Source: the human T2T-CHM13v2.0 reference genome, Homo sapiens. From it: 64,000 bases of DNA. The position numbers were made by a program, and so were the translations under genes. A model generated the notes under the pieces. That model saw only the letters and a list, made by a program, of their open reading frames with translations. It did not search any database and was not told the DNA's origin. The stretch's first letter is position 1; each line of letters begins with the position of its first letter. Below, piece after piece: positions 51,662-63,333 of this stretch. The stretch is taken from assembly GCF_009914755.1 (NCBI RefSeq), contig NC_060929.1; one strand, 5' to 3'.

Positions 51662-52718
51662 CTGCAGAAAGACAGACAGCACTCACGAGGTGCGGAGGGC
51701 CGGGCTGCCACATCTACGCACAGACGGCACTCACGAGGTGTGGAGGGCCGAGCTGCCACGTCTATGCATAGTGGGCAGAAAACAAGGTCTGCTATCCAGA
51801 CAACTTCAGAGTCTATCATGGTGTGAAGCAGCTTTCTGGCTGGTAAGTTTATCAAGAGTCTACGACAACTTTGGAGAGCAAAGCTCTTCTATTTATTAAT
51901 CAGTGTAACTGCTGCCCACGGGGTCAAGTCAGTGAGAGCACTGGAGCACCCTGGGGCTATGAGGACACGGCCTCCTGACCCACAAGGTCCTGCCCCAGGG
52001 GTCAGGTGTGGGACTCCTACCAGGGAGGACGGCAGTGCGGGACCCACCTGCTCTGCACCAGACAGGCCCTCGCCCTTAATGCTCACGGGACCACTTCCCA
52101 AAGAGACCACAAAGCTGCGATCAGGGCTGGTCTGGTGGGGCTGGGGGATGGACACAGCAGCCCATGCAGCTGAAGGTGCCACCTGGGGCAGGCGAGCCTC
52201 CCAGGACATGTGGCCCCGAGCACAGGGCCCTGCAGGGTCCCCACACTGCATCTGCAGGAGGGGGCGCGCCGTGCACCAGAGCCTGGTGCTTCCATTTGCT
52301 CTAAGGAACCAGACGTGGATGGTGTTGTTTTAATGCTTAGGTTTCCTTGTTTCCATGAAGAAAACAGACAACAGTCATGCGCCACACAACGCTGTTTTCA
52401 TCAGCGATGGACACATATACCAGGCGGCTGCACCACACAGCCTGGCGTGGAGGGGCTGCCACATCTGGTGTGAGCACTCCCTGTCGCTTGTACAAGGACC
52501 TGTTTCTCAGAACCAGTCACTGTTGTGAAGCCACGCAGGGCTTTATCTGCTCACAGCCTGGGGGGAGCCCTGGGCACCGCACATGTGCCAGAACAGGGTG
52601 GGGAGGGATTAGCCTCAAATCACAGGGGGGCTTGCCACACTGGGTTTCAATGCAAGAACAATTAAATCGCTGCCTGCTGGAAACACTAGTACTGAAGCAG
52701 GGAAGCACATGGACTCAC

Positions 52719-52753
52719 CGTTGACGAAGCTGTTGATTAACCAGGAGTACCAG
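52719..52753 (-). CDS. CLPTM1L: CLPTM1L exon 13 (35 nt)
   Basis: WYSWLINSFVN; long polypyrimidine tract, CAG / GTGAGT; phases match neighbours. Confidence 0.95.
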
Positions 52754-52929
52754 CTGAAACGGAAAAAAAAGGAGAAGTCCTATTTCTCGCATAGCTTAAT
52801 ATCTGTATTAAATTGATGAAAAATAATTCTTTCATTAAAAATCCTCTGAAAATACCCAGATGCTCTCACGGCAGCTCGGCAGCCAAGAGCAGCAGTGCTG
52901 AGCCTGGTTCTCAAGCTGGAGACAGCGCT

Positions 52930-53392
52930 GAGCACCCCTGGCCGGGCAGCAGAGGCCGGGCACTCCAGGAACCCCTCAGCTCAGGGCCAGCACCCCACCT
53001 GGGCAGCAGAGGCCAGGGGCTCCAGGACCCCTCTCAGCTCAGGGCCAGCACCCTGCCCGGGCAGCAGAGGCCGGGCACTCCAGGAACCCCTCAGCTCAGG
53101 GCCAGCACCCCACCTGGGCAGCAGAGGCTGGAGGCTCCGGGATCCCTCTTGGCTCAGGGCCAGCAGCCCACCTGGGCAACAGAGGCTGGGGGCTCCGGGA
53201 TCCCTCTTGGCTCAGGGCCAGCACCCCACCCGGGCAGCAGAGGCTGGAGGCTCCAGGACCCCTCTCGGCTCAGGGCCAACACCCCACCCAGGCAGCAGAG
53301 GCCGGGGGCTCCGGGAACCCTCTCAGCTCAGGGCCAGCACCCCACACGGGCAGCAGAGGCCAGGGGCTCCAGGACCCCTCTCAGCTCAGGCC
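52930..53392. repeat. CLPTM1L intron 12 minisatellite, 58-bp unit, ~8 copies
   Basis: ctcagg(g)cc recurs at 52980, 53038, 53095, 53153, 53211, 53269, 53327, 53385. Confidence 0.92.
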
Positions 53393-53628
53393 CAAGCCTC
53401 CCATGAAGCCTGGTGGCTGGAGTCAGTCCTCTCAGCTACACCTTACCAGGGGGACACTGAGGCCCAGAGCCCACCGTGTGCAGCTGCAGGGGCAGGACCC
53501 CTCCCAGGCGCTGGCCCAAGTGCCCCGGCCCCGAGTTTGCCCTCCAGTCGCACCCCGCTCTGGCTCAGTCATCCAAATGGCTTTCTCAGGGGAAAGACGC
53601 AGCAGGGGAAGCGTGTGCGGCCTCCTAC

Positions 53629-53711
53629 CTCTTATATTTGATATTCAGGAGTGAATAGACAGCACCCCCGACACAGAGAGGGTACAGCAGGTATGACAAG
53701 TACTTCATGGC
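53629..53711 (-). CDS. CLPTM1L: CLPTM1L exon 12 (83 nt)
   Basis: AMKYLSYLLYPLCVGGAVYSLLNIKYK(S); CAG / GTAGGA. Confidence 0.96.
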
Positions 53712-54604
53712 CTGCAGGGAACAAAGATGGCTTCCAGTTAGAGGCCCAAACGCCAAGCCTCTGTAAACACACTGCATGGAGCTCACCCCGACAGGGACAG
53801 ACAGAACGAGCTACAGCGCTCAGGGTGGCAGGGCTGCTCTGCAGGGGACGGCGTGAGGGGCACAGGCAGGGCATCGCACACTCGCCACAGCCCCAGGAGG
53901 CACCGCACACGCCAGAGCCCGGGTGTAACTACAGGCGCTAGTTAACAATAATAGATCAATTCTGGTTGGTCAAAACCAACCAACCCACAACAGATCAATA
54001 AACATAATGGAAAGAAACCGGAAAAAACTGCCTACTAAGTAATGTAGTTACATCGCCAGCTGTATCCATTCTGATTTCAGCTTTACAACGCCATGCAAGT
54101 TGGATATAAGCTGGTGAAGATTAAACCAAACTAAAATCATCTGTGCAGAAATGTTCTATTAACTGGAACTGAGAATTCCAGCTCCCCCAACAGCAATGGG
54201 GAAAGGTGACGCCCTGTGCTGCTGGGGCCATTCCTCCAGGCCACTGTGCGGCCGCGGCCATTATGGCCTTGGTGACGGCAAGTGCGTTCCCAGCAACCAC
54301 AGCAGACACCATGGCCTGCGTCAGCTGCCTGGCGAATGTGACTTACAAACGATGAAAATATCCCTACTATACGGTGACACAGGCAGGCTGTGCCTGTAAG
54401 GACTGGGAAATGAGTCTCTGCGAGCCCCCGCCCTTCCCAGTAAGAAATTTGGGTTTTATGTGTTCACTCTTGGGATCCCTGCTCAAGGCGGGCTGACCCG
54501 TACTCCAAGGAGACTTCCGCACTGAGCAATGACAGTAAAAGACCCGTCTTTGAGGGTGTTGGATTTGCCTGGCATGCACGTGCCCTGAATCACAAGTGAC
54601 TTAC

Positions 54605-54655
54605 CTGAGTATCGTACTCCTCGGTTTTCCTCTCAGATTCGCTGTAAGTGCCAAA
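54605..54655 (-). CDS. CLPTM1L: CLPTM1L exon 11 (51 nt)
   Basis: FGTYSESERKTEEYDTQ; CAG / GTAAGT. Confidence 0.96.
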
Positions 54656-55592
54656 CTGTTGTGAAATTCAACACAGTGATATTAATAGACTCAGGGAGGA
54701 TCTGAGCACAGCTGAGCTGTGACTAAGGGGCGTCACATATGGCTGCAGAGCTGACCCAGGCCTCACTACAGAGGGCGCTCAGGTCCCTACCAGGCGAGGA
54801 GAGGACCCAGAGGACGGGGATCCGCATGGATCCTTCCCGCCTCACCCTGGCCCTGGGTCCCACAAGCCTGATGGGGGCAACGCGGCCTCACTGCTGTTCC
54901 TTGCTCAGGTGGCTCAGTTTTCAGTGCCACCGCTTCAGTGAGAACACTGCAGAGCACACAGGCACAGCCAACACTGCTCCGAACCAGCCGGCCGGGAGCC
55001 ATGGGGCAAGGTGGAACACAGTGGCTGCGCTGCGTGTGCTGGGCTTCCTGACCCCCCTGCCCACAGCATGGAAAATCTCAGCCTGTGACTGCTGAGGGCC
55101 CCGCCTCAATCAAGGTCCATCCGTGGGCACTGAGATTCAACTCCAGCTCTGCCCCAGCCCTCATCTGCCTAGGGGCCTTATGGGCGCCCAGGCACTGGGG
55201 CAGCCACCAGCTCAGGGCAGGGGCTCACTCACTTCAGGACTGCCAGGACTGTACGGACCCCAGTCAGCACCAGCCTCGGGAGCGCCTCTGGACAAGGTGC
55301 CAAAACGAAGCACACGCGCTGGCCAGCCAGCATCCTTCCTCCCAGAGGCCGGCTCAGGCCCAGAAGTGCTGCCGTCTGCACTGAAGACGGTCAGAACTAG
55401 GTATATGACCGGGGAATCCTCAGGCGAAGAGAGTGGCTGCGATCAGAAACCAGTGCTGCCTCCACCACGGAGGCTCCCCTGACAGAGGCCCGCGGTGACT
55501 CATCTGCAGATGGCCATCTTACTCTTTGCGCAGGGGGCAAAATCACACTCTTCAGAGAGGCTTGGGGTTCAGCCATTACAACTAAATCCTAC

Positions 55593-55658
55593 CTGAAATT
55601 CGGGCATCAGGCCTCTCCAAAAAATAGTCATCTTCAATGCCTTCTTCACTTTCCACAG
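55593..55658 (-). CDS. CLPTM1L: CLPTM1L exon 10 (66 nt)
   Basis: LWKVKKALKMTIFWRGLMPEFQ; CAG / GTAGGA. Confidence 0.96.
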
Positions 55659-56135
55659 CTGAGGGGAGAAATCAGGAAATAGTTCCTTTAATATTCGAAG
55701 GCCAGGAGCCACGAATGAACGACCCAGACAGTAACGGGTAGGACCTGCTGCCCATGGCCCCGCGCAGCCCACTGTCCTCTTCCTGTCCCTCCCACAGCTC
55801 AGGCCAGAGCGCTGGAGGCTGGACCTGGGCCTCTAACCCACACACGGCAGGCGTACCTGGTCAGGTGGGCTGCACAGCCACCGCCCAGCGGACAACAAAA
55901 ACAGCATGTGAGGGCAGTTCTTTACGCCACTCTGCCTGCACCCAAATAAGCCCCCACCTACTTCTGCCTGCCACTCGGGCAGCCCTGGAGCCAGTTTTGG
56001 GACCGCTCTGAGAGCCGCCACCTCATGGCTAAATGCTTGGAAGGCATCACCCACGGAGCTCAGGACGGGTGCCAGAGCCGGGCACGGCACTGTGACTCGT
56101 ACCTATGGAGGGACCCTGCCTGTGGAGCTCCAGCG

Positions 56136-59100
56136 TCATTTCATCCAGCTCCTCCTCTACAGGGACATTCCATCCAGCTCCTCCTCTACAGACACATTCC
56201 ATGCAGCTCCTCCTCTACAGACACATTCCATGCAGCTCCTCCTCTACAGACACATTTCATCCAGCTCCTCCTCTACAGACACATTTCATCCAGCTCCTCC
56301 TCGACAGACACATTTCATTTCATCCAGCTCCTCCTCCACAGACACATTTCATCCAGCTCCTCCTCTACAGGGACATTCCATCCAGCTCCTCCTCTACCGA
56401 CACATTTCATCCAGCTCCTCCTCTAGACACATTCCATCCAGCTCCTCCTCTACAGACACATTTCATCCAGCTCCTCCTCTACAGACACATTTCATCCAGC
56501 TCCTCCTCTACAGACACATTTCATCCAGCTCCTCCTCTACGGGGACATTCCATCCAGCTCCTCCTCTACGGGGACATTCCATCCAGCTCCTCCTCTACAG
56601 ACACATTTCATCCAGCTCCTCCTCTACAGACACATTTCATCCAGCTCCTCCTCTACAGACACATTTCATCCAGCTCCTCCTCTACGGGGACATTCCATCC
56701 AGCTCCTCCTCTACGGGGACATTCCATCCAGCTCCTCCTCTACGGGGACATTTCATCCAGCTCCTCCTCTACAGGGACAATCCATCCAGCTCCTCCTCTA
56801 CAGGGACATTTCATCCAGCTCCTCCCCTACAGGGACATTTCATCCAGCTCCTCCTCGACAGACACATTTCATCCAGCTCCTCCTCGACAGACACATTTCA
56901 TCCAGCTCCTCCTCTACGGACACATTTCATCCAGCTCCTCCTCTACGGACACATTTCATCCAGCTCCTCCTCTACGGACACATTCCATCCAGCTCCTCCT
57001 CGACAGGGACATTTCATCCAGCTCCTCCTCTACAGGGACATTCCACCCAGCTCCTCCTCTACAGGGACATTCCACCCAGCTCCTCCTCGACAGGGACATT
57101 CCACCCAGCTCCTCCTCGACAGACACATTCCATCCAGCTCCTCCTCTACAGACACATTTCATCCAGCTCCTCCTCTACAGGCACATTCCATCCAGCTCCT
57201 CCTCTACAGACACATTCCATCCAGCTCCTCCTCTACAGACACATTTCATCCAGCTCCTCCTCGACAGACACATTCCATCCAGCTCCTCCTCTACAGGGAC
57301 ATTTCATCCAGCTCCTCCTCTACAGACACATTCCATCCAGCTCCTCCTCTACAGACACATTCCATCCAGCTCCTCCTCTACAGGCACATTCCATCCAGCT
57401 CCTCCTCTACAGGCACATTCCATCCAGCTCCTCCTCTACAGACATATTTCATCCAGCTCCTCCTCTACAGGGACATTCCATCCAGCTCCTCCTCTACAGG
57501 GACATTTCATCCAGCTCCTCCTCTACAGGGACATTCCATCCAGCTCCTCCTCTACAGGGACATTCCATCCAGCTCCTGCTCTACAGGGACATTCCATCCA
57601 GCTCCTCCTCTACAGACACATTTCATCCAGCTCCTCCTCTACAGACACATTCCACCCAGCTCCTCCTCTACAGACACATTTCATCCAGCTCCTCCTCTAC
57701 AGACACATTTCATCCTGCTCCTCCTCTACAGGGACATTTCATCCAGCTCCTTCTCTACAGGGACATTCCACCCAGCTCCTCCTCTACAGGGACATTCCAC
57801 CCAGCTCCTCCTCTACAGACACATTCCATCCAGCTCCTCCTCTACAGACACATTCCATCCAGCTCCTCCTCTACAGACACATTCCATCCAGCTCCTCCTC
57901 TACAGGGACATTCCATCCAGCTCCTCCTCTACAGACACATTCCATCCAGCTCCTCCTCTACAGACACATTCCATCCAGCTCCTCCTCTACAGACACATTC
58001 CATCCAGCTCCTCCTCTACAGACACATTCCATCCAGCTCCTCCTCTACAGACACATTCCATCCAGCTCCTCCTCTACAGACACATTCCATCCAGCTCCTC
58101 CTCGACAGACACATTCCATCCAGCTCCTCCTCTACAGACACATTCCATCCAGCTCCTCCTCTGCAGACACATTCCATCCAGCTCCTCCTCTACAGACACA
58201 TTCCATCCAGCTCCTCCTCTGCAGACACATTCCATCCAGCTCCTCCTCTGCAGACACATTCCATCCAGCTCCTCCTCTGCAGACACATTCCATCCAGCTC
58301 CTCCTCTACAGGATACATTCCATCCAGCTCCTCCTCTACAGGATACATTTCATCCAGCTACTCCTCTACGGACACATTTCATCCAGCTCCTCCTCTACAG
58401 GGACATTTCTTCCAGCTCCTCCTCTACAGACACATTCCATCCAGCTCCTCCTCTACAGACACATTTCATCCAGCTCCTCCTCTGCAGACACATTCCATCC
58501 AGCTCCTCCTCTACAGACACATTTCATCCAGCTCCTCCTCTGCAGACACATTTCATCCAGCTCCTCCTCTACGGACACATTTCATCCAGCTCCTCCTCTA
58601 CAGACAGATTTCATCCAGCTCCTCCTCTACAGACACACTTCATCCAGCTCCTCCTCTACAGACAGTTTTCTTCCAGCTCCTTGTCTACAGACACATTTCA
58701 TCCAGCTCCTCCTCTATAGACACATTCCATCCAGCTCCTCCTCTACAGACACATTTCATCCAGCTCCTCCTCTACAGGGACACTCCATCCAGATCCTCCT
58801 CTACAGACACATTTCATCCAGCTCCTGCTCTACAGACACATTGCATCCAGCTCCTCCTCTACAGACACATTTCATCCAGCTCCTCCTCTACAGACACATT
58901 CCATCCAGCTCCTCCTCTACAGACACATTTCATCCAGCTCCTCCTCTACAGGGACATTCCATCCAGCTCCTCCTCTACAGACACATTTCATACAGCTCCT
59001 CCTCTACAGAGACATTTCATCCAGCTCCTCCTCTATAGACACATTCCATCCAGCTCCTCCTCTACAGACACATTTCATCCAGCTCCTCCTCTACAGGGAC

Positions 59101-59241
59101 ATTCCATCCAGCTCCTCCTCTACAGACACATTTCATCCAGCTCCTCCTCTACAGGGACATTTCATCCAGCTCCTCCTCTACAGACACATTTCATACAGCT
59201 CCTCCTCTACAGAGACATTGCATCCAGCTCCTCCTCTACAG
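56136..59241. repeat. CLPTM1L intron 9 VNTR A, 29-bp unit, ~107 copies
   Basis: Tandem catccagctcctcctctacag(ac/gg)acatt(c/t). Confidence 0.97.
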
Positions 59242-59609
59242 GCATGACGGCCGCAGAGGCCCCCACCCACAGGTGGGCCACCAACTGCAGAGACCTCAGA
59301 CTCCGGCTCCTGCCGGTGTGGCACAGAGCTCAGTGAGGAGCTAGGCTTAAGCCTGGGCCCTCTCACCCTGAAGGCCATCGCCCCCCTCAAGGGTTTGCTC
59401 CTGAGCTGGTCTTGCCCCACGAGGCTCCCTTTTGGCCGGCTTTTCTGAGCTCCGGAACAACCAAGGCTGGACCACAGGGCACCGAGTGATTTCCGTCAGT
59501 GCCTACCTGGCCGCTGTGCTCAGATCTCCAGCCACAGCACGAGCCTCTCAAGGCCCCACGGTTTACACCTCTGCTTTGCACATGGTGGGATTTCTCAAGC
59601 ACATGAAAA

Positions 59610-60483
59610 CACTCTGTTTGGTGGACAGGGCCTCAGGCCTCTGCTTGGTGGACAGGGCCTCAGGACTCACCACTGCTTGGTGGACAGGGCCTCAGGACTC
59701 TCTGCTTGGTGGACAGAGCCTCAGGACTCTCTGCTTGGTGGACAGAGCCTCAGGACTCTCTGCTTGGTGGACAGGGCCTCAGGACTCTCTGCTTGGTGGA
59801 CAGGGCCTCAGGACTCTCTGCCTGGTGGACAGGGCCTCAGGACTCTCTGCCTGGTGGACAGGGCCTCAGGACTATCTGCCTGGTGGACAGGGCCTCAGGA
59901 CTCTCTGCCTGGTGGACAGAGCCTCAGGACTCTCTGCCTGGTGGACAGAGCCTCAGGACTCTCTGCTTGGTGGACAGAGCCTCAGGACTCTCTGCCTGGT
60001 GGACAGGGCCTCAGGACTCTCTGCCTGGTGGACAGGGCCTCAGGACTCTCTGCCTGGTGGACAGGGCCTCAGGACTCTCTGCCTGGTGGACAGGGCCTCA
60101 GGACTCTCTGCCTGGTGGACAGGGCCTCAGGACTCTCTGCCTGGTGGACAGAGCCTCAGGACTCTCTGCTTGGTGGACAGGGCCTCAGGACTCTCTGCTT
60201 GGTGGACAGGGCCTCAGGACTCTCTGCTTGGTGGACAGAGCCTCAGGACTCTCTGCTTGGTGGACAGGGCCTCAGGACTCTCTGCTTGGTGGACAGAGCC
60301 TCAGGACTCTCTGCTTGGTGGACAGAGCCTCAGGACTCTCTGCTTGGTGGACAGGGCCTCAGGACTCTCTGCTTGGTGGACAGGGCCTCAGGACTCACCA
60401 CTGCTTGGTGGACAGAGCCTCAGGACTATCTGCTTGGTGGACAGGGCCTCAGGACTCACCACTGCTTGGTGGACAGAGCCTCA
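59610..60483. repeat. CLPTM1L intron 9 VNTR B, 29-bp unit with a few 32-bp variants, ~30 copies
   Basis: Tandem ctctgc(t/c)tggtggacag(g/a)gcctcaggact. Confidence 0.96.
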
Positions 60484-60701
60484 TGAGCTGATACCACCCG
60501 AACACGCATTTCCTTGCTCTCCACTTGTTCAAAGCCTTTACACCCACTGCCTGCCATCCCACAGCTTCCAGAACACTGAGGCCATCGGGAACAAGCACAC
60601 AGGCTTCCACAGAAGGTCTCAGGTCCCGGGGCTGAAAGCCTTTCCTGAGTGCGTGGAGGCACATGGACCTCAGACAGTTCAGGTCACTGCCCGGAACTCA
60701 C

Positions 60702-60805
60702 CTCAATGGCGGCTCCAACACCCGCCGGGACCAGCACCAGCAGGCTCGTCTGCTCGTCCAGCAGGAACAGAAAGATGACCACGGTGCTGAAGCAGCGCCA
60801 GAGCA
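60702..60805 (-). CDS. CLPTM1L: CLPTM1L exon 9 (104 nt)
   Basis: (V)[34 protein letters not shown]; CAG / GTGAGT. Confidence 0.96.
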
Positions 60806-62220
60806 CTGGGGACAGGATGGTCGGGCTGGGAGGGGGTGCAGGGCAGACCCCACCTGTGTTCCCCAAGTCACACACATACCCCCAGTCCCCCATCCCAACC
60901 CACCACGCCCAAGAAGCTTCAGGTACTCCCCAGTCCACGTCACCCCGTTTAAAAAGAACAATGAAGCATTCAGCAGCTAGGAAAGTGTTTGGAAGGCTGC
61001 TGAACTGAACAGCTGGCCCCACACCAGCTCCACAAACACGTGTCTGAGCCACACTTGCAAATGAGCATGGAACGTGGGCAGAGGTCGGATGACGGGGCCA
61101 GCACAGCTTTGCTTCCGGGCGTGTCTTATGCCAGTTCTGTGATAAGCGCGTGGCTTTTCAAGTCTGGATTTGTTTCCTCCCCAGCTGTACCTTAAGAACC
61201 ACTCCAGCTTATTCAACACGTCTTCCTCCTCCTGCAAGCCCTGAGGGCAAGCAGGGGAAGCAGATCCATGGAGCCACAGGACAAACAGTGGTCAAGGCCA
61301 CAGCCACTGTCTGCTGGCCACTCCAACCCAGGACGCCAGGAAAGGCATTAGGGTTAGGAGACAACAACGCAGAACACGGCACGGCCCCCAGGCAGCCAGG
61401 GCCACCTGCTTGGGCGTCTTTTCCATGCGAGAAAAACAACTTGTTCGGGTCTGATACTGGAGCCAAATGCTCCTCACTCCTAACCAACAGGACACACCCA
61501 CTCCTCGTCCTCACACCCATCAACCGCTCGCCCCTGTCCAGACCGCCGCTCCCCACCCCACTGTGACAACCTCCACCCCTGCAAGGTCAGGAGGACCCCT
61601 CACTCACTTGGGCCCCTTAAACCACGGCAGGCACCCTTGGCCAGGAACACTGGTCCCAGATCTTGGCAGGCCTCCTGCCTGGGCTGCCTGGCCTCAGGGG
61701 TCCCTGACTGCCCTACCTAACAGCTGCACACTGCCTGTCACTGCTGGGCACAGCACCACGGGCCTATTAACTGCCATCACCTGGCAGGCCCCACACGCCC
61801 AGGCCTGCGCTGGTCGGGGAAGGAACACCGGCGGGAGGACGGGGCGAGGGAACCAAGACAGGGGATGTGAGGCCCCAGCCCTGCTCAGCGCCCATGAGCA
61901 GCCGGGAAGGCTCGAGAGGTCCATGCATCTCACTCTCCACAGCCCAGACCCAGACCCCATGCACGCCAGAGTCCGCAGCCAGGCCCTGAGCTGTGCAGCC
62001 GCTGGAGGCCCTGAGCCGTGCAGCCTCTGATGGTCCCACCACAATTGCCGCAACGGCTCCCTGGGCTTTACGGTGCCTGGTCTCAGAGGCTTCTCAAGAG
62101 CCAAGCACACACCCGGGGCTGTGTCTGCAGCCAGCAGTGAGGCAGGCAGCCCTCTACCGCAGGCTCCAGTGAGCTCCCTGGGGCAGAGTATCTGAGCAGG
62201 GCCACGCTCGGGGGGCCTAC

Positions 62221-62305
62221 CTGCCTTGGTGGACATGCCGATCATGCTCTTCTTCTTCTTCCAGAAACTGATGTCATTTTTAAAGGCCAGGAAATCAAAG
62301 AGAAG
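62221..62305 (-). CDS. CLPTM1L: CLPTM1L exon 8 (85 nt)
   Basis: LLFDFLAFKNDISFWKKKKSMIGMSTKA; TAG / GTAGGC. Confidence 0.97.
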
Positions 62306-62678
62306 CTAGAGAGAACACACACGACAGCAACTCACATCTCCTGCTGTTTCCATCTCCTGTGAGACAGAGATAGAGGCTTCGTGTGTGACCGTGAGACTGC
62401 AGGTGTACTCAGCCTCAGGATGCATCAGGATAAGTGTCTACACTCGGGACCCATGCCTCTACGCGCCTGGCCTGCCATGTCAGAACCTAGAGTGCCCAGG
62501 CGGGCTTTGCAGGGGCACTTCTGAAATAATACGTACCTTTGACTTGAACTGCTGGAAAGGCCCCCAGGCAATTGGAGGCTCTGGATTCCCCTGGATCATG
62601 GGCCTGGCTGGGCACCCCTGCTCTCGGGTTGTGCCCACTCAGGGCAGCCTCATCTCTCAACTGTGCTAAAAACGCAAG

Positions 62679-62810
62679 GGCTGGGCATGGTGGCCCATGC
62701 CTGTGATCCCAGCTACTGCAAGGCCAAGGCCAAAGGACCACCTAAGCCCAGGGGTTTGAGACCAGCCTGGGCAACGTACTGAGACCTGTCTCCAAAAAAA
62801 ACTTAAAAAA
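62679..62810 (+). mobile_element. Alu monomer (FLAM-like)
   Basis: Single arm with A tail. Confidence 0.8.
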
Positions 62811-63037
62811 ACCTAACCATGCATGATCTCATCCTTAGAGACACTGACCTTTTAATAAAAATCGTTTAATTCTCTAGTACGGCTTTGGAAAGTTTTAGCT
62901 TGACTGGCAGCCAAACTCCCAGGCACTCAGAACCAGTGCCGGCCGCACTCCTGGGTGCCGCCTAACCACAGGCCAGCCTAACAGCCACAAGGATGGCTCT
63001 CCCTAGCAGCTCAGCTCCACGAACAACAGTAAGAGCA

Positions 63038-63333
63038 CAGCAGCCTTGCTTTACCCATGGTTTACTGTCCATGGTTTCGGTTAGCACGGAGCAGTGCGAT
63101 GAGACAGATATTCTGAGAGTGAGACCACACCCACGTAACTTTATCACACTGTCCTGTCCTGTTTCTGTTACCAGTTATTGTGGGTAATCTCTTACTGTGC
63201 TTAACTTATAAATTGAACTTTATCAAAACCATTACATAATACATATATTCATTCATTACGTTATTTGATACACATATTCAGACATCCAATGAGGGTCTTT
63301 GAACACACCCCCTGAGGATGAGGGACTACTGTA
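63038..63333 (+). mobile_element. MER44A-like (Tigger7) MITE
   Basis: gagaccacac...taatctcttactgtgc...ttataaattgaactttatca core and terminal gggactactg+TA match the remembered MER44 consensus. Confidence 0.75.

Noticed and set aside
56136-60483. CRISPR-like periodic ~29-bp repeats
   Set aside because: Head-to-tail units with no unique spacers, no cas genes, mammalian intron
56092-60778. 875-, 977- and 448-aa ORFs
   Set aside because: Translations of the two 29-bp VNTRs cycling through all three frames; no coding signature
61347-61358. TTAGGGTTAGG, possible interstitial telomere seed
   Set aside because: Fewer than two full repeats; chance level in 64 kb
62221-62235. 11-nt match (TGTCCACCAAG) between the CLPTM1L exon 8 3' end and the VNTR B unit
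   Set aside because: Too short to infer origin; flanks do not align
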